A DNA stretch of 64,000 nucleotides, taken from contig OY761614.1 of assembly GCA_963664825.1 (NCBI GenBank), positions 1,888,001-1,952,000 of the forward strand, in the 5' to 3' direction. A model generated the notes under the pieces. The model ran no database searches, had not been told where the DNA came from, and was given only the letters and a program-made list of their open reading frames with translations. The translations under genes and the position numbers were made by a program. The stretch is from an uncultured Holophaga sp. (GTDB lineage: Bacteria > Acidobacteriota > Holophagae > Holophagales > Holophagaceae). This document shows positions 38,509 to 48,471 of the stretch, in pieces (within the stretch, counting starts at the first letter, position 1; each line of letters starts with the position of its first letter).

Positions 38509-39548
38509 TGGTGAAATTGCTGGGAGACAGCCTGATGGGGGAAATCGATACGTTCTTTTGGGGGCGGCAGATTCTCCTTATTGCACCGCGCTTTTTTGGA
38601 TACGAAACCAAGATCGTGGAGCACTTGCAAGGCCTGGGTGCCGAAGTTCAGTTTCTGGATGAAAGACCCGGAAATTCATTTTTCATTAAAGCCCTGATCC
38701 GGATCCGCTCTCCTCTGGCGCGGCCCATCATTCGACGGTATTACCGGACGGCATTAGATGTTCTCAAAAAAAAATGTTTTGATGACATTTTAATAATTAG
38801 CCCCGAGTGTTGTGACGAGGCAGTGCTTTGCAATATCCGGCGGACCCAGCCAAAGGCGAGGGTTATTCTATACATGTGGGATGCTTTGGCTCACAAAGGT
38901 TGGAAAGGCATTCGGGCGATCACTTTTGTATCCAAGTTTGACCGTGCTCTATCTTTTGATGATGTCGATGCAGCAAAGTTCGGAATGATATTACGGCCGC
39001 TATTCTATTCGACGACGGTTGGCCAACCGGATCCCGATGGGTTGACTTACACCTTCTCATTCATCGGGACAATCCATAGTGATCGCTTTAGGGTCCTGAA
39101 GTCGCTCAGCCATTGCGCACAAACACGGAATCTTAAAACGTTTGTTCACCCATACTTGCCTAGTCGAATCCTCTACTGGCTCTTCAGGCTAACAAAACCA
39201 GAATTCAGAGGTATCTCTCTAGAGACGTTCGCATACTCACCCATGCCATATGAAAAAGTTTTGGATGTGTTTCGGGCATCTCAATGTATTGTAGACATTG
39301 AGCACCCTGGGCAGCGGGGATTAACCATGCGCACCCTGGAAGTGATCGGATCTGGCAAACACCTGATCACGACCAATCCGAATATCAAGTGCTACCCCTT
39401 CTTTCGGCCGGATCGGGTCACCGTGATAGATCGCCACGATGTCATGCTACCGGATCCCATTCCGGTACCAAGTCCATTGGATAATGAAGAAAAACATGCT
39501 TTAAGCCTATCTGGCTGGTGTGAAGATGTATTCGATTTTGAAGTTTAA
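38508..39548 (+). CDS. Polysaccharide-biosynthesis protein, probable glycosyltransferase
   Basis: P.FFGYE, LYMWD, SFD..D, F.GT.HSDR, QRGLTMRTLE, LITTN; start uncertain (38505-38534). Confidence 0.7.
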   Translation: MVKLLGDSLMGEIDTFFWGRQILLIAPRFFGYETKIVEHLQGLGAEVQFLDERPGNSFFIKALIRIRSPLARPIIRRYYRTALDVLKKKCFDDILIISPECCDEAVLCNIRRTQPKARVILYMWDALAHKGWKGIRAITFVSKFDRALSFDDVDAAKFGMILRPLFYSTTVGQPDPDGLTYTFSFIGTIHSDRFRVLKSLSHCAQTRNLKTFVHPYLPSRILYWLFRLTKPEFRGISLETFAYSPMPYEKVLDVFRASQCIVDIEHPGQRGLTMRTLEVIGSGKHLITTNPNIKCYPFFRPDRVTVIDRHDVMLPDPIPVPSPLDNEEKHALSLSGWCEDVFDFEV

Positions 39549-39556
39549 AAAAATAA

Positions 39557-40225
39557 TCAAAGTAAGAATTTGAGCGTCTCCGGCGGCTCGGGCAAATCTT
39601 TGAAATAGCGTTTATATGCATCACTGCCTGGATGTAGAACAGACCAAGCAGTGAGAAAAATCATTATAAAGTAATTTATGAGGTTTCGTCGTTCGACATA
39701 CCATAGCTCTAGCTGCCCTTTGTACGGTGCGATAATTTCATCGTGCAGGTGTTTTCTGTCACCGCCAGCCCGATTTAAGATGCCCTCCTCATCACGGAAT
39801 ATGAGGGAGCCTATCCCTGTTAGGCCAGGTCGAAAGCCAAGGATGGTTGCGCGCGTGGCCTCGGGATAGAGATCAAGATGTGCTTGGACGATAGGTCTTG
39901 GGCCAACAAGGCTCATTTGACCACAGAATATATTAATAAGTTGTGGCAGTTCGTTAATTTTTGTCTTTCGTAAAAAATTGCCCATCGGAAGAATCCGTGG
40001 GTCCTTTTCTTGAGTAATGCAGCCACCAGGCATCTGAGGGCTATTAAGAAGCATCGTTGCAAATTTGAATACTTTAAATTCTTTGCCGTCCTTCCCGATG
40101 CGAGGTTGAAGATAGAAAATATAATGCTCACCCGTGAGGTGGAGGCCAACCATGATTGGGATCATAAAGGGAAGCAAGATCAGCATAGCAAAGAATGAAA
40201 ATATGATATCAAAGAAGCGTGTCAT
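39557..40225 (-). CDS. Priming sugar transferase (PglC/WbaP-like)
   Basis: RFFDI, FKF.TM, DPRI..G.FLRKTKINELPQL.N, MSLVGPRP, PGLTG. Confidence 0.93.
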   Translation of the reverse strand: MTRFFDIIFSFFAMLILLPFMIPIMVGLHLTGEHYIFYLQPRIGKDGKEFKVFKFATMLLNSPQMPGGCITQEKDPRILPMGNFLRKTKINELPQLINIFCGQMSLVGPRPIVQAHLDLYPEATRATILGFRPGLTGIGSLIFRDEEGILNRAGGDRKHLHDEIIAPYKGQLELWYVERRNLINYFIMIFLTAWSVLHPGSDAYKRYFKDLPEPPETLKFLL

Positions 40226-41416
40226 TTACATCCTCCCGTCCAGAAATTTGCCGGTTTCCATGTGGTTGAAATTTGGAATGGTCGTATTGAAAAGTTCGAC
40301 GAGCTCATGGCGTGTCCACTTCCCTCGCCTGCGCATGGCTGCAATGCACTGTTCAAAATATTCAAGGCGAGTTTTGTCAAAATTGGCTGCATTTTTAATG
40401 ATTCCAACTGTGTTGAAGCGATTCATGTCGAGTGTCTCAAATTCAGTATAGAACTCTTCAAAATCTTTCTCGCCAGTGGTGTCGCTGGAGAAGAAATATA
40501 CTGGCCATTGACGTTTTGCTTTAAGTTCACTTACCTTGGATCTAGCTTCTTCCTCGCTCTCGCAGTGCACTGGTTCGTAATCATGATGTTTGAGGTAGCG
40601 TTCTGCGATTTCGGAAAAGGTGATGAGATTGAGATCCTCATCGAGTTTTGGGAAAAAAAGGTCTCGATTTTCACCCAGGAGTGCTGACAGGAGGCAGAGT
40701 TCTCCGGATTCTTTGGGTGTTACAAAATAGCGCCTAACGTCGTTAGGCGCAGATAAGGGTTGATTTTTCTCCATACGTCGATTAAATCCATAGAGAAGGC
40801 TTCCATCTGAAAAAGCCACATTGGCGAAACGGGCAGTTGAAACAGGGATTTCAAGGCTTCTGCGCACAAGGAACATTTCCATGATGCGCTTGCTTGCGCC
40901 CATCATGTTGACCGGGTTCGCAGCCTTGTCTGTGGATACACAAAAGTAATTTCGAGCACCTTTAGAGTTGGCTTGGCGCATCGTTTTGTCTGTGTTGAAA
41001 ACATTGACATCCACCATCCGCATGAGTGTCCACGGGTCCTTCTCGCTGCGCACATGCTTCAAGGCTGAAAGGTTGAGGACATAATCGTACCCGGTCCCAT
41101 TCGCCATGAATGTGTCAAAAATATCGCTGCCTGCATCGATAGCAAAGGTTGCAAATTCGCCTTTAATATATCCAAGGGAACTGCGGATATCTCGTACGAG
41201 TTCAACCATGTTATTTTCGGATATATCCACAACATGGAGAAGCTTGGGATGCCTGCAAAATATTTCCCGAGTTACAGCCTGACCGATCGAGCCTGCACCG
41301 CCTATGACCAAGAACCGGGATTTTTTAACGAGTTCCGATATTGCGGCTGTATTGGCTAAAATATCCTCACAAAATAGTTCCCTCTCGCGGTCAATGAGGC
41401 CAAGGATAGTATCCAT
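40226..41416 (-). CDS. UDP-GlcNAc 4,6-dehydratase (CapD/PglF family, soluble)
   Basis: GGAGSIG, ALKHV, STDKAANPVNMMGASK, RFANV..SDGS. Confidence 0.9.
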   Translation of the reverse strand: MDTILGLIDRERELFCEDILANTAAISELVKKSRFLVIGGAGSIGQAVTREIFCRHPKLLHVVDISENNMVELVRDIRSSLGYIKGEFATFAIDAGSDIFDTFMANGTGYDYVLNLSALKHVRSEKDPWTLMRMVDVNVFNTDKTMRQANSKGARNYFCVSTDKAANPVNMMGASKRIMEMFLVRRSLEIPVSTARFANVAFSDGSLLYGFNRRMEKNQPLSAPNDVRRYFVTPKESGELCLLSALLGENRDLFFPKLDEDLNLITFSEIAERYLKHHDYEPVHCESEEEARSKVSELKAKRQWPVYFFSSDTTGEKDFEEFYTEFETLDMNRFNTVGIIKNAANFDKTRLEYFEQCIAAMRRRGKWTRHELVELFNTTIPNFNHMETGKFLDGRM

Positions 41417-41740
41417 CAGTGTAATTCCTTTTGCGATTGTGTTTCTGTTTTAATGCTAAATTGCTTAGGTATGGAATGGCATTCATGAATGCGATTGTGT
41501 CAATTTAAACTGCCAATATTTAAACAAGTCTATCTTGCACCGCCCATATTTTCTGGGCTCCCTACTTCGACTAGCTGCTCAAGGCTCTCCATGTTGCTTA
41601 CTCGAACCAACCCTTCCCGGCCTCCGAACCCGCCTAAGCTCAGGAGGCACCGTGAACTCGAATCTTGGACAGAGACGACCCAAGGTCTATCCACGCTCAT
41701 AAGTGCGAGGGGGTGAATCGATACCATACGATTTCATGTC

Positions 41741-42448
41741 CTAGGGTCTTTGACATGTCTCTCTTCCCACACAAAAAGGCACATTTTCAACCCTGATGTG
41801 GGTGCGGAGCCCGCCATCGCAGCGTGAAGTGCATGGTTTCTGGGTTTTAGGACAAACAAATAATCTTAGCCATGATTTTTCCGCGTCAGATTCCGAACTC
41901 CCTACAACACGCAGGATTATTATTGCGCCTGCACATATCAGACCGAACCATCCAGTAGAGATAATAGTGTTTGAACTGTTTTGTAAGTTATCATAGCTAT
42001 AGGCATACAGACAAGGTATGATGGTTGAAGCGGCGGTTAAAACAATAAAAACAGCGCATTGTCCATTCGTATAGGTCGGTACTGATATTCCCTTATTACA
42101 TTCAGAGTAGCCCTTTAGCGAAAAATAGTGGTATTCCCAGTTTGATAGCCCAGTAATGCGCATGTAGCTGGTGAGTATACGCATTTTCTTCCGAATCACA
42201 CAAAGGTACCAAAACATTGTCGTTAAAAATATGTTAATGCAAATAGAGCCGAAACACGAAATTAAAGGGGTATTGCTATTTCCAAAACTCCTTGTCAATA
42301 TAATTGTTATTCCGGCAAAAAATGCCGTGATGGCAGCCATGGTCACCAGAAAACGCTGCATTACAAGTTGGTTTACTTCGTTATGCAATTTAGCGACATC
42401 AGGATCTGTTAAATCCTCGCCGGTGCGATTGTAAAATCTGGACAGCAT
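41741..42448 (-). CDS. Hypothetical multi-TM membrane protein, AT-rich
   Basis: About 4 hydrophobic segments; GGAGAGG SD and TATAAT upstream of ATG 42448. Confidence 0.6.
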   Translation of the reverse strand: MLSRFYNRTGEDLTDPDVAKLHNEVNQLVMQRFLVTMAAITAFFAGITIILTRSFGNSNTPLISCFGSICINIFLTTMFWYLCVIRKKMRILTSYMRITGLSNWEYHYFSLKGYSECNKGISVPTYTNGQCAVFIVLTAASTIIPCLYAYSYDNLQNSSNTIISTGWFGLICAGAIIILRVVGSSESDAEKSWLRLFVCPKTQKPCTSRCDGGLRTHIRVENVPFCVGRETCQRP

Positions 42449-42636
42449 AGCCTCTCCAAATTGCATTAACATTATATGTATCAATTCATTTACATATTTT
42501 AACACTATTGTTCGTTTGTGCTTCTCGAAGATTGAATCTGGCAGCGGGGAAAACATCAGTCGATTCCTGCCGAGGAGCGCCAAATGAAAGCTCTATTTCG
42601 ACAGAATCCATCCGTGATTGCGCAGAATCCCGGGTT

Positions 42637-43848
42637 TCAGTTCCCCACGCTCGAATGCCGCGGGTCTGCTTCCAGATCCACATGAAGCCGAGTGTCGTTC
42701 CTTTGGGAACGAGGCTGACTGCATACCGCCTTCGCCCGCTGATGCCTGCGGATGCTGGAAACCATGAAAACAGTTGTCTGCACGCTTAGCCATGCGAGTC
42801 CGATCCAAGGGATGATCCTCCAGGAACCCGTCAAAAGGGTTCCTGAGGCGCAAAGAGCTGCCTGGAGCCAGATGAGCGGCACCCGAAGGTAGGCCCTTGC
42901 CCCCAGGGCCTCCTTCCAGCGGTGATGGAAGTGGTTCCGGTCGGCCTCACCCAGGGGGCTTCCTGTGGCCAGGCGCACGATGACGACCTGGACGACATCG
43001 GCAATGGGGTATGCGAAGAGCCAGAGCACGGCCTCGGGCTTGGTTCTCCCGAAGGCCTTGAACGCCAGCATGGCGCAGAGCAGGCCGAGGCAAAGGGAAC
43101 CACAATCGCCCAGGAATAGGCGGCTCCGGGGCCAATTGAGGACGAACAGGGCCGTCACCGCGCCCAGTACATAGGGGACGGGGGTGCCCGCGAGGGTCAG
43201 GACGGTGAGGCAGATCAAACCGTATCCCAAGGTCAGGCCATTGGCCCCGTCGATGAGATTGAAGGCCTGGGGGATGCCCCAGAAGAGCATCAGGAGCAGG
43301 GCGCTCAGGAGCAGGGGCATTCCCGAGACATTGCACCCGAACAGGTGGACGGCGGCGGGTAGCTGCGTCAGTTCAAGGGTGCCGAGAAGTGCCAGGAGGA
43401 TGGCGATAGCAAAAGTCCCGGCGGCTTTCCATCTTGCCCTCAGATCGAAGCGGTCGTCCAGGATGCCGATGAGGGCCATGGCCCCGAGGGGCATCCAGAC
43501 TAAGGGCGACAAGGTGTCTTTTAACCAACCACAGGCTCCAGCCAGGGCGAGACTGATGATCAGGGCTAGGCCTCCGATGCGCGGAACGGGGGCCTTATGC
43601 TGCTTTCGCCCACCCGGCTGATCCATGAAGCCCCTGGGCCCCACCCATCGGGCGGCCATGAGGGCGATCACCAGGGTCAAGGCGAAGGCGCCGCAGGAGT
43701 TCACCCAGACATTTCCCACCCAGGATGGCAGATCCGGGATCTGTTGTGGGGTTGCCGCCGGAGCAGCACTCAAGAATCCACCGGCGAAGTGCCGGTCGAG
43801 TCGGGAAATGAGGAACCCGTGGGCTAGCGTCATGAACATTCGGATCAA
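42637..43848 (-). CDS. WecA/TagO-like UndP-HexNAc-1-P transferase (MraY family; start uncertain)
   Basis: D.PGGRKQH..PVPRIGG, GILDD, FNLIDGANG, FLGDCGS, ADRNHFHH. Confidence 0.9.
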   Translation of the reverse strand: MIRMFMTLAHGFLISRLDRHFAGGFLSAAPAATPQQIPDLPSWVGNVWVNSCGAFALTLVIALMAARWVGPRGFMDQPGGRKQHKAPVPRIGGLALIISLALAGACGWLKDTLSPLVWMPLGAMALIGILDDRFDLRARWKAAGTFAIAILLALLGTLELTQLPAAVHLFGCNVSGMPLLLSALLLMLFWGIPQAFNLIDGANGLTLGYGLICLTVLTLAGTPVPYVLGAVTALFVLNWPRSRLFLGDCGSLCLGLLCAMLAFKAFGRTKPEAVLWLFAYPIADVVQVVIVRLATGSPLGEADRNHFHHRWKEALGARAYLRVPLIWLQAALCASGTLLTGSWRIIPWIGLAWLSVQTTVFMVSSIRRHQRAKAVCSQPRSQRNDTRLHVDLEADPRHSSVGN

Positions 43849-44153
43849 ACCTGGGGCAGAAACGAGGGGAATGGTCTATCAGTGCAGGCCCGATGGCCCA
43901 ACGCGTCATGTTATAATTAATGCACCAAAAATAGAAGGAATTACTGTCCATACATCCTTGCGATGTGGCCTAAATCACTGCCCCTCATCGCGATGAGCTG
44001 CCTGGACTCCAGCCCAGGTTTTGGGAGCCCTGAGGAATGGCCGACCTGCTTTTGCCAACTGGGAATCATGATAAGCCGGAAGGGCGGGCGGGGCAACGCG
44101 GGGAAAGTGCCCAGGTCGGCCTCAATGCCTCTGCCCTCGGGTATCCTGCGCTC

Positions 44154-45317
44154 ATGAACCCGCTCACTTCCATCCTCAATGCCCGCCTCGCCTCGGGGCC
44201 CGTCCCGGCCTCCGAGGTCATGGCCCTGGCGCTGTATCATCCCCAGTTCGGCTACTACCGCAGGGCGGAGGGGCCCTGGGGCTTCGAGGGCAAGGACTAC
44301 TACACGGCCCTGGATTGCGGCCCCCTGCTGGGCATGGCCCTGGCCCGGCGCCTGGAGGGAGCCTGGGAGGCGCTCGGGCGCCCTGGGCGCTTCACGGTGC
44401 TGGAGCCTGGTGCGGGGCGGGGCTGGCTGGGGCGGGATCTCCTGGCGGCGGCCCTCGAGCCCTTCGCGTCGGCCCTGTATTATGTTCACAGGGACGATAA
44501 TCCGGCGGCGCGGAGGCTGGCGGAGGAGGCGCTGGCGCCCTACCTAGAGGCGGGGCGGGCCCGCTTCGTGACCGAATTCGAGGCCCTGGAGCCCTTCCAG
44601 GGGGCCGTCATCTCCAACGAACTCCTGGACGCGCTTCCGGCCCAGCCCTGGCGCTGGACGGGGGAGGCCTGGGAGCGGGAGGTGCTGAGTCAGGAGGGCC
44701 CGGCTTGGGTGAGCGCCGATCCGGGAGAGGCGGGGGCCTGGTTCAAGGCCCAGGCGGAGGGGGGCCTGGAACCTGGGGATGCCAGCGTCTGGGCGGAAGG
44801 CCTGCCCGGTCTGGTGAAGGGGCTGACGGGAAGCCTGAAGGCAGGCCTCTTCCTGGCCATCGATTACGGCGATTCGGCCGCCCGGCTCCTGGCCAAGGGG
44901 GCCGATCTGCGCCGTTATCGGGGGCATTCGGTGGACGGCGCCTGGTGGGAGGCCCTGGGGGAAGGGGATCTCACGGCAGACGTGGACTTCACACGGCTGG
45001 GAAGCCTGCTGGAGGAGGAGGGACTGACGGGGGCCACGCCATGGTTGGCTGACCCAGGGTGCGGGCTTTGCCCGAGCCCTGGGTGGGGGTCAAAGGGGGG
45101 ACATTCGCGAGCCTTGGCGAGCAGGCGGTCCCCCCTTTCTTATCATCTGGGGAAGTGGATTCGTGAAAACGCGCCCCTGGCCGAATGGGAGGCCCGGTGG
45201 CAGGAACTGGATGGGGCCACCCGGAGGGCCCGCATGGAGAACCTCCTGGCCCTGACCCTGCCGGGGATGATGGGGGACCGCTTCAAGGTGATGGAGGCCT
45301 GGAAGGGGGGACGGTGA
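44154..45317 (+). CDS. MidA/NDUFAF7-type SAM-dependent methyltransferase with in-frame repeat insertion
   Basis: M.LALYHP..GYY, DYYTA, E.GAGRG, SNELLDALP, IDYG, DLTADVDF, MGDRFKV. Confidence 0.9.
   Translation: MNPLTSILNARLASGPVPASEVMALALYHPQFGYYRRAEGPWGFEGKDYYTALDCGPLLGMALARRLEGAWEALGRPGRFTVLEPGAGRGWLGRDLLAAALEPFASALYYVHRDDNPAARRLAEEALAPYLEAGRARFVTEFEALEPFQGAVISNELLDALPAQPWRWTGEAWEREVLSQEGPAWVSADPGEAGAWFKAQAEGGLEPGDASVWAEGLPGLVKGLTGSLKAGLFLAIDYGDSAARLLAKGADLRRYRGHSVDGAWWEALGEGDLTADVDFTRLGSLLEEEGLTGATPWLADPGCGLCPSPGWGSKGGHSRALASRRSPLSYHLGKWIRENAPLAEWEARWQELDGATRRARMENLLALTLPGMMGDRFKVMEAWKGGR
45052..45139 (+). repeat. Structured repeat family G, copy 2 (inside CDS, in frame)
   Basis: ACCCAGGG..CCCTGGGT hairpin, GGGGGTCAAAGGGGGGACA..GCGGTCCCCCCTTT. 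Confidence 0.85.
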
Positions 45318-45337
45318 GGCGGTTTTTCAATCGTATT

Positions 45338-45493
45338 AAATATTCACGCGGAGGCGCGGAGACCACGGAGAACGATACAAGAAAGAAAGTAAGTCTTTTT
45401 GCATAAATTTGGCTCAGTGGGTCCCATGGCCTCGCGTGGGAACGGCTCTTTCGGGATTCGAGTTTTTCTCCGTGTGCCCCGCGTCTCCGCGTG
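45338..45493. repeat. Periodic palindromic repeat
   Basis: CACGCGGAGGCGCGGAGACCACGGAGAA .. TTCTCCGTGTGCCCCGCGTCTCCGCGTG. Confidence 0.8.
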
Positions 45494-45543
45494 GGTTCCC
45501 TCTTCGGCTGGGTGGACCGACCCATTCCCTCCCGGAATTTCCC

Positions 45544-45572
45544 TTGTCGTCCAAGGGCTTCCTGGGCATACT
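45544..45572 (+). promoter_or_regulatory. Putative rplU promoter
   Basis: TTGTCG-17 nt-CATACT. Confidence 0.5.
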
Positions 45573-45646
45573 GGAGGGCCTTGTCTTGGGCTCCCCAAGT
45601 GCGCCGCTTCCCGTCGCCGCCCCAGACTCTCCCCAGCGAGGATGTC

Positions 45647-45958
45647 ATGTACGCAGTGATCCAGACCGGCGGCAAGCAGTACCGCGTCAGCGAAGGCGAT
45701 ATCCTTCGCGTCGAACTGCTCGAGAAAGATCCCAAGCAGGCGGTGGTCTTCGACCACGTGCTGCTGGTGGCCGAGGATAGCGCCATCAAGGTCGGTCAGC
45801 CCACCCTGATGGGTGCCACCGTCGAGGCCGAAGTCATCCGCCACGGCCGCGCGAAGAAGGTGTTCATCTTCAAGAAGAAGCGCACCACCACCTACCAGCG
45901 CACCCAGGGACATCGTCAGGGCTTCACCGAAGTCCGCATCAAGGGCATCAAGGCCTGA
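45647..45958 (+). CDS. rplU: 50S ribosomal protein L21
   Basis: MYAVIQTGGKQYRVSEGD, GHRQ.FT. Confidence 0.98.
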   Translation: MYAVIQTGGKQYRVSEGDILRVELLEKDPKQAVVFDHVLLVAEDSAIKVGQPTLMGATVEAEVIRHGRAKKVFIFKKKRTTTYQRTQGHRQGFTEVRIKGIKA

Positions 45959-46030
45959 CTCTGATTCCCCGCCCTCGCAGGTGAACCTGCCCGGGCTTTC
46001 CCGAAGCTAAGACAGTAGAGAGGTTTCGTC

Positions 46031-46291
46031 ATGGCACATAAAAAAGGCGTTGGCTCCACCCGCAACGGTCGCGATTCGAACTCCCAGCGCCTCGGCGTCA
46101 AGGTCTTCGGCGGCCAGGTGGTGACGGGCGGTTCCATCATCGTTCGGCAGCGCGGCACCAAGTTCAAGCCGGGCATCGGCGTGGGCCTCGGCACCGACCA
46201 CACGATCTTTGCCAAGCTCAATGGCAAGGTGCGTTTCCAGGATAAGGGCCAGCACGGTCGCTTCATCCACGTTGATCCCATCGAGGCGTAG
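46031..46291 (+). CDS. rpmA: 50S ribosomal protein L27
   Basis: [29 protein letters not shown]. Confidence 0.99.
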   Translation: MAHKKGVGSTRNGRDSNSQRLGVKVFGGQVVTGGSIIVRQRGTKFKPGIGVGLGTDHTIFAKLNGKVRFQDKGQHGRFIHVDPIEA

Positions 46292-46373
46292 GCCTCGATA
46301 CTCCCCTGTGAGCGCGCGCGGCCTGGGCTTGCGCGCGCTCTACCTTTAGGGGACTGCCTACCGGACCCGAATC

Positions 46374-47393
46374 ATGTTCCTTGACCATGTCACCCTTCAA
46401 ATCGAGGCCGGCCACGGTGGCGCGGGAGCCGTGAGCTTCCGCCGGGAGAAGTTCGCCGAACACGGCGGTCCCGATGGGGGCGATGGAGGCTCGGGAGGGT
46501 CCATCCAGGTCCGGGCCTCTAGGGCTCTCAATACCCTGAACCCCTTCCGCAGCGTGCGGGCCTTCACCGCCGAGCGAGGCTCCCCGGGGGAAGGCTGCCT
46601 GCGCCACGGCAAGGATGGCGTGGATGTGCTCCTGGAGGTCCCCCGGGGCACCCTCATCCGGGATGCCCAGAGCGGCGAGGTGCTCGCCGAGCTGATGGAG
46701 GATGGCCAGCAGGTCTGCGTGGCCCGGGGCGGGCGCGGGGGCCTGGGCAACGACAACTTCAAGAGCAGCACCAACCGCACGCCTCGCCACGCCCAGCCCG
46801 GCGAGGAAGGCGAAGTCCGGGAGGTGGAGTTCGAGCTCAAGCTCATCGCCGATGTGGGTCTGGCGGGCTTTCCCAATGCGGGCAAGAGCACGCTGGTCTC
46901 CCGCATCAGTGCGGCGCGGCCCAAGATTGCCGATTATCCGTTCACCACCCTGGAACCCCAGCTGGGTGTGGTGGCCATGGAGGCCTTCGGGGGCGATGAC
47001 CGGGATAGTTTCGTCATCGCCGATATCCCTGGCCTCATCGAAGGCGCGTCCCAGGGGGCGGGCCTGGGCATTCAGTTCCTGCGGCACGTGGAGCGCACCC
47101 GCATGCTGCTGCACCTGGTGGATCTGGCCGATCCCGTGCAGGAGCCCGAAGAGGCCATCGAGGTCATCGAGGGTGAGTTGAAGGCCTTTTCGGAAGTGCT
47201 CTTCTCCAAGCCTCGGTGGCTGGTGGGCACCAAGCTGGACGCCCTCCAGGACGAGGATCGCCGCAGCCGCTTCGAGGCGATCTGCCGCGCCCGGGGCCAG
47301 GAGCCCATCTTCATCTCCGGCGTCACCGGCGAGGGCATCCGGAAACTGGTCTTCCGCCTGGGAGCCACCCTCTCCGAGCTCCGAAACGCATGA
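46374..47393 (+). CDS. obgE: GTPase ObgE/CgtA
   Basis: FRREK..GGPDGGDGG, GFPNAGKST, YPFTTL.P, DIPG. Confidence 0.98.
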   Translation: MFLDHVTLQIEAGHGGAGAVSFRREKFAEHGGPDGGDGGSGGSIQVRASRALNTLNPFRSVRAFTAERGSPGEGCLRHGKDGVDVLLEVPRGTLIRDAQSGEVLAELMEDGQQVCVARGGRGGLGNDNFKSSTNRTPRHAQPGEEGEVREVEFELKLIADVGLAGFPNAGKSTLVSRISAARPKIADYPFTTLEPQLGVVAMEAFGGDDRDSFVIADIPGLIEGASQGAGLGIQFLRHVERTRMLLHLVDLADPVQEPEEAIEVIEGELKAFSEVLFSKPRWLVGTKLDALQDEDRRSRFEAICRARGQEPIFISGVTGEGIRKLVFRLGATLSELRNA

Positions 47394-47408
47394 TTGAAGG
47401 CGCTTCCT

Positions 47409-48065
47409 GTGAGTAAGCGGCGCATTGGCCTCCTCGGGGGGGCCTTCAATCCGCCCCACCAGGGCCATCTCAGGCTGGCGGAGCTCTCCCTTGGGCATCT
47501 GGGCCTGGACGAATTGCGTTTCGTGCCCACCCTGATTCCCCCCCACAAGGCGACAGCCGGCGATGGGGCCCCGCGGCTCCGCCTGCTCCGGGCCGCCCTG
47601 GAGGGCATGGCAGCCTGCATCGTGGAACCCCTGGAGCTGGAGCGGGGCGGCATCAGCTACACCGTGGATACACTGGAGGCCCTCACCCAGCGGGAACCGG
47701 GCAACGCCTGGATCTGGATCATGGGCAGCGACCAACTGGAGGGCTTCAAGACCTGGAAGAACGGGGCCCGAATCTTGGAATTGGCCTCCCTGGCTGTGGC
47801 GCCTCGGCCCCCCTTGGACCCTCACCGGGTGCTCGAGGCCCAGGTGGGACGCTCGTGCGAGGCCCAGGCGGAACGCCCGTACGATGTCTGGGGACGGCCC
47901 TGTGAGGCTTGGTCCGGGGCCCCGGGAGAGCTGGTGTGGCTGCCCGGTACCGAACTGGAACTCTCCAGCTCGGAATTGCGGACGGAGCTGGCCGCCGGTG
48001 GCCTGCCCGAAGGGCTCCCGATTCAAGTTCGGGCTGCCATCGTTCGAGAAAAACTGTACCGTTAA
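47409..48065 (+). CDS. nadD: Nicotinate-nucleotide adenylyltransferase
   Basis: GGAFNPPHQGH, PPHK, SYTVDTL, IMGSD, LSSSELR; start uncertain (47394/47409). Confidence 0.93.
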   Translation: MSKRRIGLLGGAFNPPHQGHLRLAELSLGHLGLDELRFVPTLIPPHKATAGDGAPRLRLLRAALEGMAACIVEPLELERGGISYTVDTLEALTQREPGNAWIWIMGSDQLEGFKTWKNGARILELASLAVAPRPPLDPHRVLEAQVGRSCEAQAERPYDVWGRPCEAWSGAPGELVWLPGTELELSSSELRTELAAGGLPEGLPIQVRAAIVREKLYR

Positions 48066-48083
48066 CTAGTTCTTGGAGAAGGC

Positions 48084-48461
48084 ATGACCCTAGACCCCAG
48101 GTTTGTGATCGCAGTGGAAGCCGCACGTTCCAAGAAGGCCCTTCGAATCCGGCTGATCGATGTGAGGGGGATCGCCACCTTCACCGATACCTTCGCGTTC
48201 CTGGAAGGGGGCAGCGATCGCCAGAACCGGGCCATCGCCGATGCCGTGGAGGACCAGCTCCGGCTCGCCGGGGAGCGGCCCCTCTCCATGGAGGGGGCCC
48301 AGAAGGGGAACTGGATCCTCCTGGACTACGGGGATTTCATCGTGCACGTGATGGACGAAGAAACGCGCCAGTATTACAACCTGGAAGAGCTCTGGGCCTC
48401 CGGGCACGAATTGGAATTGCCGCCCGAAGTCCCTCCCGCGAATCTCTCTCCGCTGAAATAG
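48084..48461 (+). CDS. rsfS: Ribosome silencing factor
   Basis: KKA..I..IDV, WILLDYGD..VHVM, R.YYNLEELW. Confidence 0.95.
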   Translation: MTLDPRFVIAVEAARSKKALRIRLIDVRGIATFTDTFAFLEGGSDRQNRAIADAVEDQLRLAGERPLSMEGAQKGNWILLDYGDFIVHVMDEETRQYYNLEELWASGHELELPPEVPPANLSPLK

Positions 48462-48471
48462 AGGAAACGCC

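Noticed and set aside
41530..42600. Integron cassette / attC around the AT-rich membrane gene, and ORF 41530-41727
   Set aside because: No RYYYAAC..GTTRRRY attC structure found; the short ORF has no motifs
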